A stretch of DNA of 64,000 nt from Oceanispirochaeta sp. Lineage in GTDB: Bacteria; Spirochaetota; Spirochaetia; DSM-2461. The notes under the pieces were generated by a model. It did not search any database. It worked only from the letters and a program-made list of their open reading frames with translations, and was not told where the DNA came from. Below are positions 49,011 to 58,640 of the stretch, in pieces. Where the stretch lies: positions 672,001 to 736,000 of the forward strand of contig CAXXXD010000003.1 of assembly GCA_963663385.2 (NCBI GenBank), written 5' to 3'. The first letter of the stretch is position 1. Each line of letters begins with the position of its first letter. The position numbers were made by a program, and so were the translations under genes.

Positions 49011-50192
49011 TCAGATAAAGCTGATAATGACATTCTTCAAATACTTTTCTTTCATAGTGCCGGCTATGTTCTTTACCACATTGCGCCGGATTTCCAGTTC
49101 CATGGGCATATTGGGATCCTGATGGGCATCGTTGATTCTTGTTCCCACCACAAAGTGGATCTCATCCGAATCCATCAGGGCTTCCACAATCTGTTCCGCC
49201 GGGTTTTTATAAATGGAAGAGGGTATCCTATGACAGCGCAGGTATTCGGATACCCTTCCCAGGGTAATGATCCCTTCCGTTATTAAAGAGATCCCCTCCA
49301 TGGTGGAGGCGGGGGGGATGTCGGCGCACTGGGAATCCAGATCCACCTGGATTTCCCTTCCCAGTTCCCTGGAAACAATATTGGCTGTCGTTCCCCCGCT
49401 GATTATGGTTCTTCCGGGGAAATCCCGTATCATCTCGGTCAGGGAGATATCCCTTTCCGGGTTGTAGGGAGGTCCGGTGGCTATGAGGAGCTTGCGGGGG
49501 TCCCTGAAGTAGACGGCCCCGCAGGTAATATCATCCTTGGCCCTGTATACATCATTCTTCAGGCTCTCGTTTACCACTTTCCGGGTCAGGGCGTCGGATG
49601 AAATATTGGGTTCCTCCGCCAGAATGCCCCGGATAAAACGGCGCACCGAATCATCTCCCCAGCCCAGGGGCCACATGGTTGTTCCCAGCCCCGACTGGGT
49701 TACCCCGTCGGAAAAGAAAATCAGCCTGTCTCCGGGGCGGGCGGTAAAATGGCAGCTTGTCACCTTGTTGCGCTTTACCGTCCCCGGCTTGAAGGTGACC
49801 GTGGTTTCATCGGGCGAGGCTATTTCATTGTCCCGTATAAGAATAAAATGGGGGTTGTCGTACTCCAGTATCTGAACCTCCCCCTGCTCGTCAATGTCCA
49901 CAATGGTAAAAGTGGCGTAACTGATCTGTCTCTCGCTGCAGACGGGCAGGGTGCGGGATATGAGTTCCGCCGTTTTCAGAACAGACAGGTTTTTCTCAAC
50001 CGAACGGAGGGCTATAGTGGCTGTCAGGGAGGAGAGCACATTGGCCCGTATCCCGCTGCCCAGCCCGTCGGAGAGAACGGAGATCATCCGCTGCCGGCCC
50101 TCCACTTTTCGGGAGAGAAAGGCGTCTCCGGGAGCGGATTCGCCGTTTTTCATAACCTGGTAGTAGCCTACATCAAGAAAGGTCTGATTCAT
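49011..50192 (-). CDS. SpoIIE/PP2C-type Ser/Thr phosphatase (HfsC-like)
   Basis: GDAF, LSDGLGSG, SDGVTQSG, DDIT. Confidence 0.88.
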   Translation of the reverse strand: MNQTFLDVGYYQVMKNGESAPGDAFLSRKVEGRQRMISVLSDGLGSGIRANVLSSLTATIALRSVEKNLSVLKTAELISRTLPVCSERQISYATFTIVDIDEQGEVQILEYDNPHFILIRDNEIASPDETTVTFKPGTVKRNKVTSCHFTARPGDRLIFFSDGVTQSGLGTTMWPLGWGDDSVRRFIRGILAEEPNISSDALTRKVVNESLKNDVYRAKDDITCGAVYFRDPRKLLIATGPPYNPERDISLTEMIRDFPGRTIISGGTTANIVSRELGREIQVDLDSQCADIPPASTMEGISLITEGIITLGRVSEYLRCHRIPSSIYKNPAEQIVEALMDSDEIHFVVGTRINDAHQDPNMPMELEIRRNVVKNIAGTMKEKYLKNVIISFI

Positions 50193-51919
50193 CAGTGTTT
50201 TTCCCCGCCTTTTCCGCCGGGGCTGAAGGATTCAATAATGGTATTGAGCATAACCTCACTTTCTGCGGCATTTTCGCCCAGGAGAAAGGCAATCTGCTGA
50301 ACCGATTCAATATTTTTTTCCATAACCTGCTTGGCCTGGCGGATAATCCTCTCCTTCTGAACCTGGGGAGAGGTGACATCCTGAAAAATGGCTCCCACCG
50401 CCTGGTTCTTCTCTATGGAGAAAACAGAACCGTCCAGAATTTTGTCTCCGATATGGAAGGTTTCTCCGGTCAGGCTGCTGTCGCTTCGAAGCACCCCGTC
50501 GAATACGGCCGCAAAGGGGAGTATCTTTTCCAGCACCGCTCCCTTCAAACCGGGACGGGCCTTATAGGCTGTTTCTGTTTCCGGCCCTATCAGTCTGGCA
50601 AAGGCCCAGTTGCACTCGATGATATGCATATCCTGGTCTACAATCACCACCCCCGAAGGCATCGCTTTGAGCAGGGCGTTGGCCTTCTTTTCCGAGAGCT
50701 TTTTGAGGTAGCTCACGCACATATCCTTTTCGGCCCTGTTCTCCAGAAAAGCCCGGGCATACTCCCGGCAGGTATGGTAACCGCAGGCGCCGCAGTTTTT
50801 TTCGTCTTCGCTGTCGTACTTTCCAATGCGGCGCAGGGCCCTCCGGATATCCTCCTCCTTAAAATCCAGCTGGGGGGGAACCGTGATTTCCCTTTTGTAG
50901 CTGATGTCCCTGCACTGCAGGGCAGGATCGGGTTTTTTCTCTTCCCTGGACTGGGCGTAATCCTGAACCAGGCACTGTTTGACCGCGGAACCGACGGCCT
51001 TGGCCGCCGCCGGTCCATTAATACATCCCCCTTCGCAGGCCAGCAGTTCGAGAAAGAGGGGACCGTCCCCCTTTAGATTATCCAGTCCCTTCAGGATCTC
51101 ATCCATTTTGTGGATATTGGAAAAACTGAGCATCCTTCCCCGGGTATGGGCATCCTGCCGGCGGATGCTCTCTATCATCCCTCCTTCCGAGGGATAATAG
51201 GCTCCGTCCCCGGATGTCCGGGGAATAAAAATGTCATCGTTTTCCGGTGTCAGCCTGTAGGGATCGATCAGTTCATCATCAAACCAATGACGCAGGTCTT
51301 CAAAAGAAATGGCCAGATTCAAAAGATCGGGACGCAGATCGGCCTCCCGTTTTTTGGATATACAGGGACCTGCAAAGACAATGCGGACGTCCTCTCCGTA
51401 TATCTGCTTCAGTATACGGCAGTGGGTCAGAAGGGGAGAGAGGCTTTCTGATACATAGGAGGCATACTGAGGCTGATATTTGTTGATGTATTCCACAATG
51501 GTGGGACAGGCCGAGGAGATATGTATCTCCCTGTTGTTCCTGTTCAGAAGGGAGACCGTGTGCCTGGTGACCTCCTGAGCCCCCAGGGCTGTTTCCGAAA
51601 CCCCCGAGAATCCCAGCCTTCTGGCAGCCTTGATGAGCTGTCCCGCTTCAAGCCCGGGGAATTCACTTATAAAAGAGGGCGCCAGGGAGAGAATCACCTC
51701 CTCTTTCCGGTCGATCAGTTTTTTGGCCCGGGAGAGGTCGTTCCGGATTTTCTTTGCCCCCACGGGACAGACCCGGACGCAGTTGCCGCACAGTATGCAG
51801 TGATCCGTCAGAATTCTGGCGTGCCCATCCTTAACCTCGATGGTTTTTACAGGACAGTGTCTGAGGCATTTGTAGCAGTCCTGACACTCTGTTTCTTCTG
51901 TATATATGGGGTTCAGCAT
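50192..51919 (-). CDS. Sensory [FeFe]-hydrogenase (group C, HydS/HfsB-like) with FeS and PAS domains
   Basis: 2x[4Fe-4S] N-terminus; H-cluster motifs SSACP, GPCISKKRE, ELLACEGGCING; NCGACGY..C; C-terminal PAS-like domain. Confidence 0.9.
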   Translation of the reverse strand: MLNPIYTEETECQDCYKCLRHCPVKTIEVKDGHARILTDHCILCGNCVRVCPVGAKKIRNDLSRAKKLIDRKEEVILSLAPSFISEFPGLEAGQLIKAARRLGFSGVSETALGAQEVTRHTVSLLNRNNREIHISSACPTIVEYINKYQPQYASYVSESLSPLLTHCRILKQIYGEDVRIVFAGPCISKKREADLRPDLLNLAISFEDLRHWFDDELIDPYRLTPENDDIFIPRTSGDGAYYPSEGGMIESIRRQDAHTRGRMLSFSNIHKMDEILKGLDNLKGDGPLFLELLACEGGCINGPAAAKAVGSAVKQCLVQDYAQSREEKKPDPALQCRDISYKREITVPPQLDFKEEDIRRALRRIGKYDSEDEKNCGACGYHTCREYARAFLENRAEKDMCVSYLKKLSEKKANALLKAMPSGVVIVDQDMHIIECNWAFARLIGPETETAYKARPGLKGAVLEKILPFAAVFDGVLRSDSSLTGETFHIGDKILDGSVFSIEKNQAVGAIFQDVTSPQVQKERIIRQAKQVMEKNIESVQQIAFLLGENAAESEVMLNTIIESFSPGGKGGEKH

Positions 51920-52182
51920 TAATTCCCCTCTACCGTATCGTTCAATAAAAAGCCTTTCAGCAGATCGGGAAGATCTGACGCTTCCACATGGGTGTGGATC
52001 TGGTCGTTCAGATAGATAATGGGACCTTTCCGGCAGTTTTCCTGACAGAGGGCGCCCGACAGATTGATGTCCGCCTCCAGACTGTTCTCTTTCAGATAGT
52101 CCTGAATAATCTTCAAATTCGTATTGTTTCCTCTGGTAAAACAGGAACTTCCCATGCAGATGGTAATCTTTTTCTTATCCAT
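51919..52182 (-). CDS. Thioredoxin-like [2Fe-2S] protein (HfsA-like)
   Basis: ICMGSSCF.RGN…LCQENC..GP. Confidence 0.85.
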   Translation of the reverse strand: MDKKKITICMGSSCFTRGNNTNLKIIQDYLKENSLEADINLSGALCQENCRKGPIIYLNDQIHTHVEASDLPDLLKGFLLNDTVEGN

Positions 52183-52348
52183 GTTCTAGCGACCTCCGGA
52201 CAGCCTGTATGGTGGCATAAAAACAGGATTAAGTCAATAAATATATATCGATATAATAAAATCGATAAAAAATTACCAATTCTATTGACAAAAAAATAAA
52301 TCTGTAAAATTATATCGATAAATAATTACTCTTATTGAGGAGATTCAA

Positions 52349-54997
52349 ATGGCAAAAGATGAAATGACAGCCCTTAAAATGAAGAAGGATCTGGATGCGG
52401 CTATCCAGAGAGTAAAAGATGCACAGAAACTCTATGCTTCTTTCTCGCAGGAACAGGTTGATGAAATTTTCAGACAGTCCGCTATCGCCGCCAATGATGC
52501 CAGAATCTCACTGGCCAAAATGGCAGTAGAAGAGACTGGTATGGGAATTGTGGAAGACAAGGTAATCAAGAACCACTTTGCTTCCGAGTTCATTTTCAAT
52601 AAATACAAAGACACCAAAACCTGCGGTATCCTGGAAGACGACGGGACATACGGTATAAAGAAAATCGCCGAACCTATAGGGGTTCTCTGCGGTATCATAC
52701 CCACCACCAACCCCACATCGACGGCTATCTTTAAAGCCCTGATCGCGCTGAAAACCAGAAACGCCATCATTTTTTCACCCCATCCCCGGGCGGCCAAATG
52801 TACGGTCAGGGCGGCGCAGATTATACTGGAAGCCGCGGTCAAGGCGGGAGCACCCGCGGATATCATCGGCTGGGTGGAAGAACCGAGCATGGAGCTCTCC
52901 CAGCACCTGCTGGCGCACAGCGATATCAATATGATCCTGGCAACGGGAGGACCCGGCATGGTTAAGGCGGCCTATTCCTCCGGAAAACCGGCTGTCGGAG
53001 TAGGGGCGGGCAATACTCCGGCTCTTATGGACGAAACTGCGGATATCCGCATGGCCGTCAGCTCCGTTCTGATGAGCAAGACCTTTGATAACGGTGTTAT
53101 CTGTGCTTCCGAGCAGTCCGTTATTGTTCATAAGTCCCTCTATAACGAGGTGAAGAAGGAGTTCCTTTTAAGGGGCGCCTATATCCTTAACGCAGCGGAA
53201 ACCAAAAAGGTGGCCGGTCTGATTATCGATCCCGAACGGGGAACGATCAACCCCAAAATCGTAGGGCAGAAAGCCGCGGATATAGCCGCCATGGCCGGTT
53301 TTACCGTGGATCCGGATGTAAAGGTTCTGATTGGAGAGGTGAGCGATATCAGCCACGCCGAGCCTTTCGCTCACGAAAAACTGAGCCCCTGTCTGGCCAT
53401 GTACAAGTGTAACGATTTTGAAGACGGTCTTGACAAGGCACGCCGGCTGGTGGAACTGGGCGGTATCGGCCATACCTCCGTACTCTACACGGACGAAAAG
53501 AACGTGGACAGGATCAAACGCTACGGGGATGTTATCAAAACCGGACGCGTGCTGGTCAATATGCCTTCCTCCCACGGCGCCATCGGCGACCTTTATAACT
53601 TCCGTCTGGAACCCTCCCTTACCCTGGGATGCGGAAGCTGGGGCGGAAACTCGGTCAGTGAAAACGTTGGTGTCAAACACCTTCTGAATGTGAAAACCGT
53701 TGCGGAAAGGAGAGAGAATATGCTCTGGTTCAGAATCCCCCCCAAAGTTTACAGCAAGTACGGTTGTCTTCCCATCGCTCTGAAGGAGCTGGACGGAAAG
53801 AAACGGGCCTTTATCGTAACAGACTCCTACCTTTACGACAGCGGCTGCGTAGACAGGATCACCCGTATCCTCAAGCCCATGGGTATCGAGGTAGAGTGCT
53901 TTCATCAGGTTAAGCCCGATCCCACTCTGAGCACCATCAATGAAGGGCTGGCTGTTATGAACAACTTCAAACCCGATGTGATCATCGGTCTGGGGGGCGG
54001 TTCTCCCATGGATGCGGCCAAGATCATGTGGCTGCTGTACGAACACCCGGAAGTTCACTTCGAGGGGCTGGCCATGCGCTTTATGGACATCGAGAAGAGG
54101 ATCTACGCCTTCCCCGATATGGGTAAAAAAGCCGAGATGGTGGCTATCCCCACCACGTCCGGTACGGGCAGCGAGGTAACGCCGTTCTCTGTTGTTACAG
54201 ACGACAGAACCGGTCTTAAGTACCCTATTGCAGACTACGCTCTGACCCCCAATATGGCTATTGTGGATCCCGAGCTGGTTATGTCCATGCCCAGGGGGCT
54301 CACCGCCGCTTCCGGTATCGATGCGATTACCCACTCTCTGGAGGCTTTCGTTTCCATTATGGCGTCGGACTATACAAACGGACTGGCTCTGGAATCCCTG
54401 CGGATCCTTTTCAAATACCTGCCCGATTCCTACAGAAACGGAGCGGACGATAAAAAGGCCAAGGAGAAGGTTCACAATGCCTCCTGTATAGCCGGTATGG
54501 CTTTTGCCAATGCTTTTCTGGGTGTTTGTCACTCTATGGCCCACAAGCTGGGTGCAGCGTTCCATATCCCCCACGGTGTGGCCAATGCGCTTATGATTAA
54601 CGAGGTTATCCGCTTTAATGCTACAGATAATCCCATTAAGCAGGCGGCTTTCCCCCAGTACGAGTACCCTACGGCGATTTCCCGTTATGCGAGAATTTCC
54701 GACTACCTGGGACTGGGCGGAAAGAGCGATATGGACAAGATTGAAAAACTGACGGAAAAACTGGATGAGCTCAAGAATGAGCTGAATATCCCTGCTTCCA
54801 TCAAAGAGTACGGTATCGACGAGGCTGTCTTCCTGGATCAGGTGGATATGCTTGCCGAACAGGCTTTTGATGATCAGTGCACCGGCGGGAATCCGCGGTA
54901 TCCCCTGATGCGCGAAATAAAGCAGATGTATCTGAATGCTTTCTACGGCAAAATGCATGTGGTAAAGAGTGAGGGTAAATCTGTAAAAGCGGGCTGA
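52349..54997 (+). CDS. adhE: Bifunctional acetaldehyde-CoA/alcohol dehydrogenase
   Basis: PTTNPTST, ATGGPGMV, GVICASEQ, LGCGSWGGNS linker, GGGSPMDAAK, CHSMAHKLG…IPHG. Confidence 0.98.
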   Translation: MAKDEMTALKMKKDLDAAIQRVKDAQKLYASFSQEQVDEIFRQSAIAANDARISLAKMAVEETGMGIVEDKVIKNHFASEFIFNKYKDTKTCGILEDDGTYGIKKIAEPIGVLCGIIPTTNPTSTAIFKALIALKTRNAIIFSPHPRAAKCTVRAAQIILEAAVKAGAPADIIGWVEEPSMELSQHLLAHSDINMILATGGPGMVKAAYSSGKPAVGVGAGNTPALMDETADIRMAVSSVLMSKTFDNGVICASEQSVIVHKSLYNEVKKEFLLRGAYILNAAETKKVAGLIIDPERGTINPKIVGQKAADIAAMAGFTVDPDVKVLIGEVSDISHAEPFAHEKLSPCLAMYKCNDFEDGLDKARRLVELGGIGHTSVLYTDEKNVDRIKRYGDVIKTGRVLVNMPSSHGAIGDLYNFRLEPSLTLGCGSWGGNSVSENVGVKHLLNVKTVAERRENMLWFRIPPKVYSKYGCLPIALKELDGKKRAFIVTDSYLYDSGCVDRITRILKPMGIEVECFHQVKPDPTLSTINEGLAVMNNFKPDVIIGLGGGSPMDAAKIMWLLYEHPEVHFEGLAMRFMDIEKRIYAFPDMGKKAEMVAIPTTSGTGSEVTPFSVVTDDRTGLKYPIADYALTPNMAIVDPELVMSMPRGLTAASGIDAITHSLEAFVSIMASDYTNGLALESLRILFKYLPDSYRNGADDKKAKEKVHNASCIAGMAFANAFLGVCHSMAHKLGAAFHIPHGVANALMINEVIRFNATDNPIKQAAFPQYEYPTAISRYARISDYLGLGGKSDMDKIEKLTEKLDELKNELNIPASIKEYGIDEAVFLDQVDMLAEQAFDDQCTGGNPRYPLMREIKQMYLNAFYGKMHVVKSEGKSVKAG

Positions 54998-55102
54998 TGC
55001 GGGCTGCCTCCGGGCAGTACGATTAGGTCTATTCCCCGGTGTCCGGAAACTTCTCCTTTTGTTTCCGGGCATCAGCTTTTAAAATAAATTCCTCTAACCG
55101 CG

Positions 55103-55128
55103 GCCGCCTCTGTCAGGGGCGGTTTTTT
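55103..55128 (+). terminator. Intrinsic terminator after adhE
   Basis: GCCGCCTCT-GTC-AGGGGCGGT followed by a T run. Confidence 0.75.
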
Positions 55129-55519
55129 ATTTATAAATCCTTTTGCCGGCAAATGCCCTGCGGGCCCGGGCTCTTTCGGGCTGCGGCTGCCGCCTTCGGT
55201 ATTTGCCTGGGCAAATACAGGCTATGCCTCCCTGTCGATCCCTATTTGGGGTGGTTATTATAATCAGAAATGAGTTTTGTGTTGTCTGATTTTGCTGTGT
55301 TGATTATGTAACGTTTTATTTTGTAAGAAGTTATGGGCGGTGCTAACTAAAGTTAGTTGTGTATTTTCTTTTAAAAAATGACTTTTTACTGTAAAATGAA
55401 TCGATTTTGTACTTTTTGCAGGAGTGATTCTGTGTTTGGGTGTTTATTTATTGGTTATGTGGATATTATTGCAGGGTATTTGCGGATAATGTGGAATACC
55501 TTGTTCAAGAGATAATAAG

Positions 55520-55912
55520 TTACATCGACACATTTTGTACTTCTGGTTCTTTCATAACTGCCAGACGATTTTATAGTTTTTAGGCATATGATCCGAGTTG
55601 ATTGATGCTCTCACTACACTGATTATCAATCTTTGACGCCGGTTGCGGCTGGCAGTAGTAGAAATGAGGGCATTCGCCTTCACCTACGATAGCTTTTATA
55701 TTATTGCCTGATATGGCATCGGTGATTTTCAAAATGATGCTGACGTAACATTAAAATGATCCTGTCGTCGCTATAGATCACGATTCTTGCAAGGTAAGTC
55801 CTTTAATGAGAAATTGTTCTTTTCAAAAATATAATGACTGTTTAAAATAAAGATGCAAGAATAGCGCCTATACCTGTCCTTCGGCCAGGCCGCTCCGCAG
55901 GATATTTTGGTG
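55520..55912 (+). repeat. ORF-less cassette, copy 1 (393 bp including attC; divergent copy)
   Basis: Opens G/TTACAT, closes with the attC beginning ACGTAAC; colinear with copies 2 and 3. Confidence 0.85.
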
Positions 55913-55918
55913 TTATAT
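55743..55918 (+). other. attC-like site 1 (176 bp)
   Basis: ACGTAAC-att-AAAAT-g-ATCCTG-t-CG pairs with CG-CAGGAT-ATTTT-ggt-GTTATAT; unpaired spacer and two extrahelical bases. Confidence 0.85.
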
Positions 55919-56305
55919 CGAACACATTTTGTACTTCTGGTTCTTTCATAATTGCCAGATGATTTAGTAGGTTTTAGGGTTTTGATACGGGTTGATTGAT
56001 GCTCACACTACACTGATTATCAATCTTTGACGCCGGTTGCGGCTGGCAGAAGTGAAAATAAGGGAATTCGCCTTCACCTACGTTTATTAAGATATTCTTG
56101 CCTGATATGGCATCGGTGATTTACAAAATGCTGTAGACATAACAAGAAAATGATACTGTCGTCGCTACAGATCACATTTCTTGCAGAGATACAGAATGCT
56201 GATAAATAGTTCTTTCTTAAAAACAAATTACTGTTTAAAATAAGTCTGCAAGAAAAGCGCCTGTACCTGTCCTTCGGCCAGGCCGCTCCGCAGCATATTT
56301 TGGCG
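55913..56305 (+). repeat. ORF-less cassette, copy 2 (393 bp including attC)
   Basis: About 6 substitutions from copy 3, counted by eye. Confidence 0.9.
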
Positions 56306-56311
56306 TTATAT
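56137..56311 (+). other. attC-like site 2 (175 bp)
   Basis: ACATAAC-aag-AAAATgATaCTGtCG … CGCAGcATATTTT-ggc-GTTATAT. Confidence 0.85.
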
Positions 56312-56347
56312 TGACAAAATATCAGTCAATAGAGAATGGAGGAAAAA

Positions 56348-57013
56348 ATGAAAAGAAAAATGGTAGAGTTATTGTTACTAGTGCTGGCAATTTCAGCTTT
56401 TGCAGAAAATTACCCTGGTACATCAATTGATTTAGATAACATAAAAGCTAATAATTCTAGGGATATAGTGGCAATCTTAAACGGAAATATTTTCTATGTT
56501 TTTTATAATGATCTAAAGACATATGAAACTGAATTACAGCAAAAGAATTTTTTAGAAACAGATGAGGCTCAAGTTTATCAAGAGAAAATTGAGGAATTAA
56601 AAAATATTATTCAAACTCAGGGAATTACAACTGTTTATGAGCAAAGGAAAGCACAATTTTCCGATTATGATATTGAGAATAGAGGTTTTTGGGTTACAAT
56701 CGGAGACTCATATAATGATGGAGATAATATTTCACTAAATAATTTCCTATGTGATAAAGTAGAAATTTATACAAAAAAAAGTGCTATAACTTATTATATG
56801 CTTTTTATCCCTGTCCCCGAAGATGTTGCAGGCAAGATTGAGCATAATAATAATATTATCTTAAAACAAGAAATGAAAATATCCGATATTGGAATATTCA
56901 CCGTTGTTGCAAATGGTTGGAAATTTACTGACCCCCTTCCTATTGCTGAGACATTAAAGTTTATAATTTATGATAAAGCTACAAATGAAGTAATAACTGA
57001 AGTTCAATACTAA
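56348..57013 (+). CDS. Cassette ORF, hypothetical secreted protein
   Basis: GGAGG RBS; signal peptide …LLLLVLAISAFA; AT-rich codons. Confidence 0.8.
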   Translation: MKRKMVELLLLVLAISAFAENYPGTSIDLDNIKANNSRDIVAILNGNIFYVFYNDLKTYETELQQKNFLETDEAQVYQEKIEELKNIIQTQGITTVYEQRKAQFSDYDIENRGFWVTIGDSYNDGDNISLNNFLCDKVEIYTKKSAITYYMLFIPVPEDVAGKIEHNNNIILKQEMKISDIGIFTVVANGWKFTDPLPIAETLKFIIYDKATNEVITEVQY

Positions 57014-57027
57014 ATTAGGACATTTGT

Positions 57028-57555
57028 ATGAAGGATAATTCGTTAGAACCAAAGAAGATTGATAGTGTTGAGAAGTTGAAAAAAATAGATCTCGCGATTT
57101 GGGCCAAATCAAAGGGTTTTGACCCAATCGTTGCACATCCGAATGGTATTGGAAATGATTATAAATACCAATACCGATTGATGTTATTTTATAAATACTA
57201 TTTATCTGGTAAGAATCAAATTTCAATTGAGAATGCTAGATCATTTGTAAAATATCTTGATGAAAATTCATATTCTGGCCGATTTATTGAGTATTTTATT
57301 CGAGAATATCGAAGAATATTAGATGACTTGATAGAAGAGATTACTGGAATTGGAAGATACTGGACAGGAACCTTTATCAGAATAAGTGAAACAGCGAGTG
57401 CCGAGGAAATTTTAATTCAGCAGTGTCAGATTCTTAGAAATGAATTATTCGATAAAGATTGTTTTAGATATCTCAATGATGATAACTATTTTAAATTTAT
57501 AGAAGAAAGAGAAATGCTTTATCAGAAAGAAGAGTTTTGGGAAAAAGAAGCTTGA
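57028..57555 (+). CDS. Cassette ORF, hypothetical protein
   Basis: AGGA RBS; 175-aa ORF in AT-rich DNA; no family recognised. Confidence 0.7.
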   Translation: MKDNSLEPKKIDSVEKLKKIDLAIWAKSKGFDPIVAHPNGIGNDYKYQYRLMLFYKYYLSGKNQISIENARSFVKYLDENSYSGRFIEYFIREYRRILDDLIEEITGIGRYWTGTFIRISETASAEEILIQQCQILRNELFDKDCFRYLNDDNYFKFIEEREMLYQKEEFWEKEA

Positions 57556-57580
57556 CTATTTAAATATGAAGGAATAGAAG

Positions 57581-58573
57581 ATGGAGAATGAAAATCTTGC
57601 ATTATTCAAATATTGTCCGGAATCTAATATAAAGTATATTTTCAAGGATAAAACATTAAGATTTACACAACCATCACAATTGAACGATCCTTTAGAATTA
57701 CGTCCGTTACTCGAATTTGATAAAGCCTGTAAGAATAATTCTTATGAAATTAACGGAATTAAAATGCCATCTATGAATAAATGGTACCAGTTAATTTTAG
57801 TTGAACAAGTTGTAAATAGGTATGGGATTTTATCACTTACAAGTAATTGTAAATCGATCAATATGTGGAATTATTATGCAAATGGACATAAAGGATTCAT
57901 AATAAAATTTAAGAATGATTTTCACATGAATAATTTCATAAGATCGGAAAGAGAAGAGTTCAAGTTAAAAAAAGTTGACTATGTTTCTAAATATACATTA
58001 GATATAGGGAAAATTAGTAATAATGCTGGTTACTTCACAGAAAATGATTATATCGATGACGCTGTATTCAAAAAAATAGAAATTTGGTCTTACGAATGTG
58101 AATATCGTCTAATAAAACCATTAACTGATTTTCCGAATTATCAGGAACCTGAAAACCTTGATTTTAATGATTCAAATATATATTCATGTGAACTGGATTT
58201 CAAAATTATTGATTCTATTATTTTTGGTTCTTTAATGAGCAAAGAGGATAAACAAAAAATATATAATGAAATAAAAAATTATGACATATCAATTTTTCAG
58301 GCATTATTGATCAAAGGAAGAATATCAAATGATGCTGTCGGTTTATCACCAATTGAGATTGTGAAAATCACTGATTTTGACAATATTAAAAACTATCAGC
58401 CAAAAAATTTTGTATTTGATGATTTTCCTTTTGATGAAAAAGTTATTAAAATTGATACAATTGATAAATTACCATATTACAATGAAACATATAAACAGCA
58501 AATTGAACAATTATTTAATGCAAAGCAAAGGCAATATAACAAAGAAATGGAGCAGTCAAATCCTTTGTCATGA
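57581..58573 (+). CDS. Cassette ORF, DUF2971-domain protein
   Basis: LFKY…LRFT.P..LNDPLE, GILSLT, MWNYYANGHKGF, V.Y, K…WSYE.EYR. Confidence 0.8.
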   Translation: MENENLALFKYCPESNIKYIFKDKTLRFTQPSQLNDPLELRPLLEFDKACKNNSYEINGIKMPSMNKWYQLILVEQVVNRYGILSLTSNCKSINMWNYYANGHKGFIIKFKNDFHMNNFIRSEREEFKLKKVDYVSKYTLDIGKISNNAGYFTENDYIDDAVFKKIEIWSYECEYRLIKPLTDFPNYQEPENLDFNDSNIYSCELDFKIIDSIIFGSLMSKEDKQKIYNEIKNYDISIFQALLIKGRISNDAVGLSPIEIVKITDFDNIKNYQPKNFVFDDFPFDEKVIKIDTIDKLPYYNETYKQQIEQLFNAKQRQYNKEMEQSNPLS

Positions 58574-58640
58574 TTAATGCTTACGCAAGAATACATGCCA
58601 ACCCTTCGGGACGGCTTTGCAGCTCATTTCGGCGTTATAT
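58534..58640 (+). other. attC-like site 3 (107 bp, different sequence family)
   Basis: ATATAAC-aaa-GAAATG-g-AGCaG-t-CAAA pairs with TTTG-CaGCT-CATTTC-ggc-GTTATAT. ATATAAC is the exact complement of this cassette's opening GTTATAT (56305). Confidence 0.85.

Noticed and set aside
53168..55072. 634-aa minus-strand ORF (likewise 29592-30776, 27004-27972 and similar)
   Set aside because: Antisense shadows of well-conserved genes, with no motifs of their own.
54998..55518. Integron integrase gene or remnant
   Set aside because: No ORF or tyrosine-recombinase motif recognised; the 74-aa ORF at 55039-55263 runs through terminator hairpins.
55913..56136. Sigma70 promoter or small ORF in the non-coding cassette
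   Set aside because: TTGACG and TTGATT hexamers lack a good conserved -10 at 17 bp, and the minus-strand ATG frame checked is only 17 codons. Not excluded, but unsupported.
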